Of a DNA stretch of 64,000 nucleotides, positions 15,001 to 27,000 are shown piece after piece. The stretch spans positions 5,461,244 to 5,525,243 of the forward strand of contig CM082597.2 in assembly GCA_040954595.2 (NCBI GenBank). The letters run 5' to 3'. Position 1 is the first letter of the stretch, and the number at the start of each line of letters is the position of its first letter. The notes under the pieces are model-generated. The model searched no databases. It was not told the origin of the DNA and saw nothing but the letters and a program-made list of their open reading frames with translations. Source of the DNA: Balanoglossus misakiensis. Lineage: Eukaryota; Animalia; Hemichordata. The position numbers were made by a program, and so were the translations under genes.

Positions 15001-18000
15001 CAATTTTCCGACCTCGCGAAATTTCAGAATTTGGTGGTTTTTTGATAAAAACCATGGGTTATAGCTCATGAAAATCATCCAGAAATGTCAATTTTCCGAC
15101 CTCGCGAAATTTCAGAATTTGGTGGTTTTTTGATAAAAACCATGTGTTATAGCTCATGAAAATCATCCAGAAATGTCAATTTTCCGACCTCGCGAAATTT
15201 CAGAATTTGGTGATTTTTTGATAAAAACCATGGGTTATAGCTCATGAAAATCATCCAGAAATGTCAATTTTCCGATCTCGCGAAATTTCAGAATTTGGTG
15301 GTTTTTTGATAAAAACCATGGGTTATAGCTCATGAAAATCATCCAGAAATGTCAATTTTCCGATCTCGCGAAATTTCAGAATTTGGTGGTTTTTTGATAA
15401 AAACCATGGGTTATAGCTCATGAAAATCATCCAGAAATGTCAATTTTCCGACCTCGCGAAATTTCAGAATTTGGTGGTTTTTTGATAAAAACCATGGGTT
15501 ATAGCTCATGAAAATCATCCAGAAATGTCAATTTTTCGACCTCGCGAAATTTCAGAATTTGGTGGTTTTTTGATAAAAACCATGGGTTATAGCTCATGAA
15601 AATCATCCAGAAATGTCAATTTTCCGACCTCGCGAAATTTCAGAAGTTGGTGGTTTTTTGATAAAAACCATGGGTTATAGCTCATGAAAATCATCCAGAA
15701 ATGTCAATTTTCCGATCTCGCGAAATTTCAGAATTTGGTGGTTTTTTGATAAAAACCATGGGTTATAGCTCATGAAAATCATCCAGAAATGTCAATTTTC
15801 CGATCTCGCGAAATTTCAGAATTTGGTGGTTTTTTGATAAAAACCATGGGTTATAGCTCATGAAAATCATCCAGAAATGTCAATTTTTCGACCTCGCGAA
15901 ATTTCAGAATTTGGTGGTTTTTTGATAAAAACCATGGGTTATAGCTCATGAAAATCATCCAGAAATGTCAATTTTCCGATCTCGCGAAATTTCAGAATTT
16001 GGTGGTTTTTTGATAAAAACCATGGGTTATAGCTCATGAAAATCATCCAGAAATGTCAATTTTCCGACCTCGCGAAATTTCAGAATTTGGTGGTTTTTTG
16101 ATAAAAACCATGGGTTATAGCTCATGAAAATCATCCAGAAATGTCAATTTTTCGACCTCGCGAAATTTCAAAATTTGGTGGTTTTTTGATAAAAACCATG
16201 GGTTATAGCTCATGAAAATCATCCAGAAATGTCAATTTTTCGACCTCGCGAAATTTCAGAATTTGGTGTTTTTTTTGATAAAAACCATGGGTTATAGCTC
16301 ATGAAAATCATCCAGAAATGTCAATGTTTCGACCTCGCGAAATTTCAGAATTTGGTGGTTTTTTGATAAAAACCATGGGTTATAGCTCATGAAAATCATC
16401 CAGAAATGTCAATTTTCCGACCTCGCGAAATTTCAGAATTTGGTGGTTTTTTGATAAAAACCATGGGTTATAGCTCATGAAAATCATCCAGAAATGTCAA
16501 TTTTTCGACCTCGCGAAATTTCAGAATTTGGTGGTTTTTTGATAAAAACCATGGGTTATAGCTCATGAAAATCATCCAGAAATGTCAATTTTCCGACCTC
16601 GCGAAATTTCAGAATTTGGTGCTTTTGATAAAAACCATGGGTTATAGCTCATGAAAATCATCCAGAAATGTCAATTTTCCGATCTCGCGAAATTTCAGAA
16701 TTTGGTGGTTTTTTGATAAAAAACCATGGGTTATAGCTCATGAAAATCATCCAGAAATGTCAATTTTCCGATCTCGCGAAATTTCAGAATTTGGTGTTTT
16801 TTTGATAAAAACCATGGGTTATAGCTCATGAAAATCATCCAGAAATGTCAATTTTCCGATCTCGCGAAATTTCAGAATTTGGTTGTTTTTTGATAAAAAC
16901 CATGGGTTATAGCTCATGAAAATCATCCAGAAATGTCAATTTTCCAACCTCGCGAAATTTCAGAATTTGGTGGTTTTTTGATAAAAACTATGGGTTATAC
17001 CTCATGAAAATCATCCAGAAATGTCAATTTTCCGATCTCGCGAAATTTCAGAATTTGGTGGTTTTTTGATAAAAACCATGGGTTATAGCTCATGAAAATC
17101 ATCCAGAAATGTCAATTTTCCGATCTCGCGAAATTTCAGAATTTGGTGGTTTTTTGATAAAAACCATGGGTTATAGCTCATGAAAATCATCCAGAAATGT
17201 CAATTTTCCGATCTCGCGAAATTTCAGAATTTGGTGGTTTTTTGATAAAAACCATGGGTTATAGCTCATGAAAATCATCCAGAAATGTCAATTTTTCGAC
17301 TTCGCGAAATTTCAGAATTTGGTGGTTTTTTGATAAAAACCATGGGTTATAGCTCATGAAAATCATCCAGAAATGTCAATTTTCCGATCTCGCGAAATTT
17401 CAGAATTTGGTGGTTTTTTGATAAAAACCATGGGTTATAGCTCATGAAAATCATCCAGAAATGTCAATTTTCCGATTTCGCGAAATTTCAGAATTTGGTG
17501 GTTTTTTGATAAAAACCATGGGTTATAGCTCATGAAAATCATCCAGAAATGTCAATTTTTCGACCTCGTGAAATTTCAGAATTTGGTGGTTTTTTGATAA
17601 AAACCATGGGTTATAGCTCATGAAAATCATCCAGAAATGTCAATTTTCCGACCTCGCGAAATTTCAGAATTTGGTGGTTTTTTGATAAAAACCATGGGTT
17701 ATAGCTCATGAAAATCATCCAGAAATGTCAATTTTCCGATTTCGCGAAATTTCAGAATTTGGTGGTTTTTTGATAAAAACCATGGGTTATAGCTCATGAA
17801 AATCATCCAGAAATGTCAATTTTCCGACCTCGCGAAATTTCAGAATTTGGTGGTTTTTTGATAAAAAACATGGGTTATAGCTCATGAAAATCATCCAGAA
17901 ATGTCAATTTTCCGATCTCGCGAAATTTCAGAATTTGGTGGTTTTTTGATAAAAACCATGGGTTATAGCTCATGAAAATCATCCAGAAATGTCAATTTTC

Positions 18001-19217
18001 CGATCTCGCGAAATTTCAGAATTTGGTGGTTTTTTGATAAAAACCATGGGTTATAGCTCATGAAAATCATCCAGAAATGTCAATTTTCCGACCTCGCGAA
18101 ATTTCAGAATTTGGTGGTTTTTTGATAAAAACCATGGGTTATAGCTCATGAAAATCATCCAGAAATGTCAATTTTCCGACCTCGCGAAATTTCAGAATTT
18201 GGTGGTTTTTTGATAAAAACCATGGGTTATAGCTCATGAAAATCATCCAGAAATGTCAATTTTCCGACCTCGCGAAATTTCAGAATTTGGTGGTTTTTTG
18301 ATAAAAACCATGGGTTATAGCTCATGAAAATCATCCAGAAATGTCAATTTTCCGACCTCGCGAAATTTCAGAATTTTGTGGTTTTTTGATAAAAACCATG
18401 GGTTATAGCTCATGAAAATCATCCAGAAATGTCAATTTTCCGATCTCGCGAAATTTCAGAATTTGGTGGTTTTTTGATAAAAACCATGGGTTATAGCTCA
18501 TGAAAATCATCCAGAAATGTCAATTTTCCGACCTCGCGAAATTTCAGAATTTGGTGGTTTTTTGATAAAAACCATGGGTTATAGCTCATGAAAATCATCC
18601 AGAAATGTCAATTTTTCGACCTCGCGAAATTTCAGAATTTGGTGGTTTTTTGATAAAAACCATGGGTTATAGCTCATGAAAATCATCCAGAAATGTCAAT
18701 TTTCCGACCTCGCGAAATTTCAGAATTTGGTGGTTTTTTGATAAAAACCATGGGTTATAGCTCATGAAAATCATCCAGAAATGTCAATTTTCCGACCTCG
18801 CGAAATTTCAGAATTTGGTGGTTTTTTGATAAAAACCATGGGTTATAGCTCATGAAAATCATCCAGAAATGTCAATTTTTCGACTTCGCGAAATTTCAGA
18901 ATTTGGTGGTTTTTTGATAAAAACCATGGGTTATAGCTCATGAAAATCATCCAGAAATGTCAATTTTCCGACCTCGCGAAATTTCAGAATTTGGTGGTTT
19001 TTTGATAAAAACCATGGGTTATAGCTCATGAAAATCATCCAGAAATGTCAATTTTCCGACCTCGCGAAATTTCAGAATTTGGTGGTTTTTTGATAAAAAC
19101 CATGGGTTATAGCTCATGAAAATCATCCAGAAATGTCCATTTTCCGACCTCGCGAAATTTCAGAATTTGGTGGTTTTTTGATAAAAACCATGGGTTATAG
19201 CTCATGAAAATCATCCA
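1..19217 (+). repeat. 88-bp satellite DNA array (~218 monomers, continues off the left edge of the window)
   Basis: Monomer cgaaatttcagaatttggtggttttttgataaaaaccatgggttatagctcatgaaaatcatccagaaatgtcaattttccgacctcg recurs at 1, 89, 177 and onward with only scattered substitutions and 1-bp indels. It is AT-rich with internal palindromes (TCGCGA, GAAATTTC, CCATGG, TCATGA) and a TGGTTTTT-tgat-AAAAACCA hairpin. Confidence 0.99.
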
Positions 19218-19222
19218 CATTT

Positions 19223-20602
19223 TGACCACATTTTGAAATTTCGCGAAGTCAAAAAATTGACATTTCTGGACCATTTTCATGAGCTATAACCCATGGTTTT
19301 TATCAAAAAATGACCACATTTTGAAATTTCGCGAAGTCGAAAAATTGACATTTCTGGACCATTTTCATGAGCTATAACCCATGGTTTTTATCAAAAATGA
19401 CCACATTTTGAAATTTCGCGAAGTCGAAAAATTGACATTTCTGGACCATTTTCATGAGCTATAACCCATGGTTTTTATCAAAAAATGACCACATTTTGAA
19501 ATTTCGCGAAGTCGAAAAATTGACATTTCTGGACCATTTTCATGAGCTATTACCCATGGTTTTTACCAAAAAATGATTACATTTTGAAATTTCGCGAAGT
19601 CGAAAAATTGACATTTCTGGACCATTTTCATGAGCTATAACCCATGGTTTTTATCAAAAAATGACCACATTTTAAAATTTCGCGAAGTCGAAAAATTGAC
19701 ATTTCTGGACCATTTTCATGAGCTCTTACCCAAGGTTTTTATCAAAAAATGACCACATTTTGAAATTTCGCGAAGTCGAAAAATTGACATTTCTGGACCA
19801 TTTTCATGAGCTATAACCCATGGTTTTTATCAAAAAATGACCACATTTTGAAATTTCGCGAAGTCAAAAAATTGACATTTCTGGACCATTTTCATGAGCT
19901 ATAACCCATGGTTTTTATCAAAAAATGACCACATTTTGAAATTTCGCGAAGTCGAAAAATTGACATTTCTGGATGATTTTCATGAGCTATAACCCATGGT
20001 TTTTATCAAAAAATGACCACATTTTGAAATTTCGCGAAGTCGAAAAATTGACATTTCTGGACGATTTTCATGAGCTATAACCCATGGTTTTTATCAAAAA
20101 ATGACCACATTTTGAAATTTCGCGAAGTCGAAAAATTGACATTTCTGGACGATTTTCATGAGCTATAACCCATGGTTTTTATCAAAAAATGACCACATTT
20201 TGAAATTTCGCGAAGTCGAAAAATTGACATTTCTGGACGATTTTCATGAGCTATAACCCATGGTTTTTATCAAAAAATGACCACATTTTGAAATTTCGCG
20301 AAGTCGAAAAATTGACATTTCTGGATGATTTTCATGAGCTATAACCCATGGTTTTTGTCGGAAAATGAAGAAATTTTGAAAACTCGCAAAGTCGAAAAAT
20401 TGTCTTTTTTGGATGATTTTCATGAGCTATAACCCATGGTTTTTGTCGAAATATGAAGAAATTTTGAAAACTCGCAAAGTCGAAAAATTGTCTTTTTTGG
20501 ATGATTTTCATGAGCTATAACCCATGGTTTTTGTCGAAATATGAAGAAATTTTGAAAACTCGCAAAGTCGAAAAATTGTCTTTTTTGGATGATTTTCATG
20601 AA
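19223..20602 (-). repeat. Inverted block of the same 88-bp satellite (~13 copies of one subtype plus ~3 diverged terminal copies)
   Basis: Reverse-complement monomers (tgaccacattttgaaatttcgcgaagtcgaaaaattgacatttctgga...gagctataacccatggtttttatcaaaaaa). From ~20357 the copies switch to the diverged form gtcgaaatatgaagaaattttgaaaactcgcaaagtcg. Confidence 0.97.
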
Positions 20603-20634
20603 AGCGAAGTTTCAAAATTTCTTCATTTAAAAAA

Positions 20635-20635
<1 letters not shown>

Positions 20636-20670
<35 letters not shown>
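20636..20670. repeat. (TG)n microsatellite at the satellite boundary
   Basis: Direct reading. Confidence 0.95.
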
Positions 20671-20671
<1 letters not shown>

Positions 20672-21093
20672 CCCGGACAAAATGAAAAAGGGGCGTATCA
20701 TTCATCTTGCGAAAATGACAGATGCAGAACGTATAGCCATGTTGCCAGGGTATAACAACATTGTCTACGGTATTTAGGTGGGTATCAATCATTCACGAGT
20801 AAAAACAATATTTATGAACGCGGGAAAAGGTCAATTTAGAGTCGTCTGGAACAAGAATTTCGCATGCGTGTCACCTTATCTCTATTGCGGCTAGAGGTTG
20901 CCAACCTTTATTTGAACCCTGGATGTAAAATGCAAATGATGCGAGTTCCGATGTGTTCATTGGAGCAGAAAAGGTTACCAGGAGTCACGTGTTCACCAAA
21001 CACGACCTGGTCCCTGGTATTACTAATACATGTGTCGAATTGAGACAAGGTCACTAGTTGTTGAAATCAGTGAACGTATTCAGCAGAAGAAAC

Positions 21094-23085
21094 ATGGCTG
21101 CTCCGGAACTGTACAGTTTTGTGGATGTATTTCTTGTACTGCTGATTGCTTTTTTGATCGCAGTTTGGTTCTTTGGCCGGTATAATCATAATCTACCACC
21201 AGGTCCCTGGGGATTGCCTATTATTGGGTGTTTATTCCGTCTCGGTGGAAGACCTTACAAAACGTTCAACGAGTGGGCCAAAATCTATGGCGACGTGTTC
21301 AGCGTACGGCTGGGGACGGAACTGGTAGTGGTACTGAACAGCCACCAAGCCATCAAGGATGCTTTCGTCAAAAAAGCGTCACAGTTCTCATCTCGGCCTC
21401 AAGGTAGAAGCTATACAATCTCAAGAAATAAAGGTAAACTTTAAATCCGTATAATTGCTGGTGTTCTGTCAGGCGGACAATAGAGGTGATTTGAAATCCT
21501 TGACGTTCAAGACCCATTTCCGTATCATATCAAGAGTTGGTGACTATGGCGTGAAATGTCACCGATCGGCTGATATTTCACACTAAACGTGGTGATGTTC
21601 ACGTTAAACGTCACTAGGAGGAGGTTATACCTGCATGCGCATATGTTAAATTATCGTACTAGTATAAACCATTTATCAATCGTTCGTATGTGTGTTATTA
21701 TTTTTCTGTGTTCCTCCAGGAATCATCAGTTGTCTCTGGCCAGTGTGTAGAGACCTCAGAAAACTATTTACTCATATTCTGAAAGATCTTGGAATGGCAA
21801 AACGCGCGACCGAACAGCGAATTCACGAAGAAAACGAATATCTCGTCAGCAGCCTTCGAGAATTAAACGGTGAACCGACAGATTTGAAGCACCTCGTTAT
21901 GGAAGCGGTTTCTAACATCACATGCAACTTGGTTTTCGGACACAGGTTTGAGTACAATGACGACGATTTTAGACGTTTATTACGACTGGTTTCAAAGATT
22001 GATGAAGATTTTGAGGCGTCGACTTTGGTTACATTTTTCCCGTTCTTGTGGCGTACGCCCATGCCATTGGCGAAGAGACTTCGCCGTTCTCGCCGCGAGG
22101 TGTACGAGTACATGAAGAACGTCATCGACAAACACCGCTTGAAGAGTCCGGATGACCGTAGCCGAGAATCGGTCATAGACGCCTTCTTGCAGCTCGAAAA
22201 GGAGTATCGTGAACATCCAACATCAGACAACGTTTCACCTGAAGTCTTTGACGACCCCGAACACATTCGACAGTCAGTGGCGCACCTCTTCCTTGCAGGG
22301 ACATCCACAACATCGATAACCCTCCGCTGGGGTCTGCTGTACTTATGCCTGAACCAGGATGTGCAGGAGAAATGCTTTCAGGAAATCAAAGATGTCGTCG
22401 GGCTGGACACTGCCCCAACGTTCGCTGAGAAAACCAAACTACCCTACCTAGAAGCCGTGTCGCTGGAGATCCAGAGAATGGCGTCCATTTCCCCGCTAGG
22501 CTTGCCTCGTGCACCTCACCAGGATGCGGACCTGTATGGCTACACTATTCCAAAAGGAACGATGATCTTCGCCAACCTGTGGGCCGTCCACAAGACTTCG
22601 CGCTACTGGGCGAATCCAGAAATGTTTGATCCTTCTCGCTTTTTGGATGAAAATGGCAAGGTTGTTAACAGAGAGAAGATTATCCCATTTTCAATCGGTG
22701 AGTAGTATACACATGCAATGTTATATCCCCAATAATTTCACCTGACGACTAAGATTTGAATCATATGCTTCATCTAGTTCTCACATGTTAAAAGGGCAAG
22801 TTTGTGTAATTTGAGGTATTTTATTCAGAATTTTTATTTTGTATACAAACCTTACCAAAAATTCTGAATTTTCTCACTGTTTGTCTTTTTTTTACTCCAG
22901 GTGGCAGAGACTGCATCGGTTCAGGACTTGCCAAGATGGAAATATTCCTCTTTCTGTCTCGATGGATTCAAGAATTCAAGTTCAAGTTACCCGATGGCGA
23001 ACCTATTCCACCACTGGAAGGGAAACTTGCAAGTTTAATTGAGCCAGAAAGTCATAAAATTGTGGCCTTGAAACGCAAAGAGTAA
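21094..23085 (+). CDS. Cytochrome P450, CYP2 clan (CYP2U/2J-like), 3 exons, ~500 aa
   Basis: Exons 21094-21433, 21720-22697 and 22901-23085; both introns GT-AG and phase 1; 1503 nt open frame. Motifs: N-terminal membrane anchor, PPGPWGLPIIG hinge, I-helix AGTSTT, K-helix EIQR, PERF-like DPSRF, heme motif FSIGGRDCIG spanning exons 2/3. Subfamily cannot be assigned without phylogeny. Confidence 0.96.
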
Positions 23086-23095
23086 GGATACTTAA

Positions 23096-23382
23096 AGCCC
23101 CAATAATAAATCTAATTTTGCAGAAATGGTACTATAATTGACTTGGCCGTTTAGTATACAAACATATTATCAAGCTTTGTCAGTGGCTGTTCACTCAAAC
23201 ATGAAAGTTAAATATTAAATGGACGCAGTGCATGTTTATGCAACTGCCCATTACAAGAGTATGCGAACAATGGTATTGAAAACCCTACGGTCAAAATAGT
23301 GTAATTTATTGATTTAGGATATGAAGTAGATTGTAATACTTTATCAGTGATAAATATGGTAAAAGCGGCAGCTATTGGGGCT
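23096..23382. mobile_element. Non-autonomous TIR element (MITE), TTAA-flanked, Kolobok-like
   Basis: TTAA(23092-95)-AGCCCCAATA ... TATTGGGGCT-TTAA(23383-86): a 10-bp perfect TIR with TTAA target duplication and AG...CT termini. Confidence 0.75.
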
Positions 23383-24072
23383 TTAATTAGGCAAGTAAAT
23401 TGATGGCCTTACTAAAAGCAAATTTGGCCACATAGTGACAAAAATTTATTAATGCAACCTTTGTAGCCAATAATCGAAGCAGCCAAGTGGTGAGTGTTAC
23501 TTGAGTTTGAAATCAATGAATGTGTTATTGAAAATAAGAGATTAGGTTGGAACAATGGGCACGTGACGAAAAGTGGTAGACATAAACAAGGCCATATATC
23601 AGTCTGGTAGTGTTATCGTTCTGTCAGACTAGTTCTGAAAGGTCAAAACAGGACACGACCGCAAAGAACCAAGATCACGTGACGTAGATTTCAGGTTAGG
23701 TTTTAGGATTTGTGGTGTGAGGTGTTTAGGGAAAACACGTAAATATTGACAGCGAAATGTAGCCCGCTGCCAAATCGCCAGTGTTTTCACATACAAATTG
23801 AAAATTAAAGCTGCAAGCAGCATTGAAGGGGGCAGAGATAATAACCATTAGACTCCATTCAGGGTTGTACCATTCAAATGCGTAGGCTGTATTTGCTCTG
23901 GATATGGAGATATGGGGAAGTAGGCAACCACCCGAAATGGATGTCCTACAAGTACAAACACAACAACCAAAAGTGAACTTCTACGTTATGTAAGTACTTC
24001 AGTAAGTACTTCAAAGGTCAGCTGAGGGTACCCCAAAAATTGGACCAAAAATTTGGATTCCTAACCATAACC

Positions 24073-27000
24073 CTCCGTATTCAGACTTGCCCAAGTGAAC
24101 CGCGACAAATAATTACCAAGTTTCCCTGCATGTTTCTTATGCCCGACAGATAAAAAACGCAGCGTAGATATTGAAATGAATTGGATTTATGAAAATGATA
24201 AAAATTACAATGATAATGTCGTTAAAAGTTCTCACAAAAAAAATTGAAAAAAAAGAGGTCTCGAACCAACAGCAGTTGACACCTTCAGGTAAAAGGCTGG
24301 CCTTCCTGAACCCTTCGCCATCACGATTTGTACGCGAAAAAGTCGGAAATCTTCCGCACTATATTGCAGCATAACTCCAATGATCTTATTTGCACCGCAG
24401 CGGTGCAAATTCTTATTTGCACCGCAGCGGTGCAAATAAGAGTTCCCTGCACCGCAACGATCTGACCGTTCTTTATTCACTCCTCGGCGACAAAAACGTT
24501 TTATTACGGCCCGAAAAACGACTTTTTCGCTCCTTGGTTGGTCATGCGGACGGAAAGACACGGTTTTAGCGAGTTTATCTTTCTCTTTCCTGAGCACTCC
24601 GTATTCAGACTTGCCCAAGTGAACCGCGACAAAAAATATGACCATTGCAAGTTTCCCTGCATGTTTCTTATACCCGACAGATAAAAAACGCAGCGTAGAT
24701 ATTGAAATGAATTGGATTTATGAAAATGATAAAAATTACAATGATAATGTCGTTAAAAGTTCTCACAAAAAAAAATTGAAAAAAAAGTGGTCTCGAACCA
24801 ACAGCAGTTGACACCTTCAGGTTAAAGGCTAGCCTTCCTGAACCCTTCGCCATCACGATTTGTACGCGAAAAAGTCGGAAATCTTCCGCACTATATTGCA
24901 GCATAACTCCAATGATCTTATTTGCACCGCAGCGGTGCAAATTCTTATTTGCACCGCAGCGGTGCAAATAAGAGTTCCCTGCACCGCAACGATCTGACCG
25001 TTCTTTATTCACTCCTCGGCGACAAAAACGTTTTATTACGGCCCGAATAACGACTTTTTCGGTCCTTGGTTGGTCATGCGGACGGAAAGACACGGTTTTA
25101 GCGAGTTTATCTTTCTCTTTCCTGAGCACTCCGTATTCAGACTTGCCCAAGTGAACCGCGACAAAAAATATGACCAAGTTTCCCTGCATGTTTCTCATAC
25201 CCGACAGATAAAAAACGCAGCGTAGATATTGAAATGAATTGGATTTATGAAAATGCTAAAAATTACAATGATAATGTCGTTAAAAGTTCTCACAAAAAAA
25301 AAATTGAAAAAAAAAGTGGTCTCGAACCAACAGCAGTTGACACCTTCAGGTTAAAGGCTAGCCTTCCTGAACCCTTCGCCATCACGATTTGTACGCGAAA
25401 AAAATCGGAAATCTTCCGCACTATATTGCAGCATAACTCCAATGATCTTATTTGCACCGCAGCGGTGCAAATTCTTATTTGCACCGCAGCGGTGCAAATA
25501 AGAGTTCCCTGCACCGCAACAATCTGACCGTTCTTTATTCACTCCTCGGCGACAAAAACGTTTTATTACGGCCCGAATAACGACTTTTTCGCTCCTTGGT
25601 TGGTCATGCGGACGGAAAGACACGGTTTTAGCGAGTTTATCTTTCTCTTTCCTGAGCACTCCGTATTCAGACTTGCCCAAGTGAACCGCGACAAAAAATA
25701 TGACCAAGTTTCCCTGCATGTTTCTCATGCCCGACAGATAAAAAACGCAGCGTAGATATTGAAATGAATTGGATTTCTGAAAATGATAAAAATTACAATG
25801 ATAATGTCGTTAAAAGTTCTCACAAAAAAAATTGAAAAAAAAGAGGTCTCGAACCAACAGCAGTTGACACCTTCAGGTTAAAGGCTAGCCTTCCTGAACC
25901 CTTCGCCATCGCGATTTGTACGCGAAAAAGTCGGAAATCTTCCGCACTATATTGCAGCATAACTCCAATGATCTTATTTGCACCGCAGCGATGCAAATAA
26001 GAGTTCCCTGCACCGCAACGATCTGACCGTTCTTTATTCACTCCTCGGCGACAAAAACGTTTTATTACGGCCCGAAAAACGACTTTTTCGCTCCTTGGTT
26101 GGTCATGCGGACGGAAAGACACGGTTTTAGCGAGTTTATCTTTCTCTTTCCTGAGCACTCCGTATTCAGACTTGCCCAAGTGAACCGCGACAAAAAATAT
26201 GACCATTGCAAGTTTCCCTGCATGTTTCTTATACCCGACAGATAAAAAAACGCAGCGTAGATATTGAAATGAATTGGATTTATGAAAATGATAAAAATTA
26301 CAATGATAATGTCGTTAAAAGTTCTCACACAAAAAAATTGAAAAAAAAAGTGGTCTCGAACCAACAGCAGTTGACACCTTCAGGTTAAAGGCTAGCCTTC
26401 CTGAACCCTTCGCCATCACGATTTGTAGGCGAAAAAAGTCGGAAATCTTCCGCACTATATTGCAGCATAACTCCAATGATCTTATTTGCACCGCAGCGGT
26501 GCAAATTCTTATTTGCACCGCAGCGGTGCAAATAAGAGTTCCCTGCACCGCAACAATCTGACCGTTCTTTATTCACTCCTCGGCGACAAAAACGTTTTAT
26601 TACGGCCCGAATAACGACTTTTTCGCTCCTTGGTTGGTCATGCGGACGGAAAGACACGGTTTTAGCGAGTTTATCTTTCTCTTTCCTGAGCACTCCGTAT
26701 TCAGACTTGCCCAAGTGAACCGCGACAAAAAATATGACCAAGTTTCCCTGCATGTTTCTCATGCCCGACAGATAAAAAACGCAGCGTAGATATTGAAATG
26801 AATTGGATTTCTGAAAATGATAAAAATTACAATGATAATGTCGTTAAAAGTTCTCACAAAAAAAATTGAAAAAAAAGAGGTCTCGAACCAACAGCAGTTG
26901 ACACCTTCAGGTTAAAGGCTAGCCTTCCTGAACCCTTCGCCATCGCGATTTGTACGCGAAAAAGTCGGAAATCTTCCGCACTATATTGCAGCATAACTCC

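Noticed and set aside
21823-22308. Antisense ORFs over the P450, and similar shadows over the Ig and GPCR exons
   Set aside because: Shadow frames of real coding exons.
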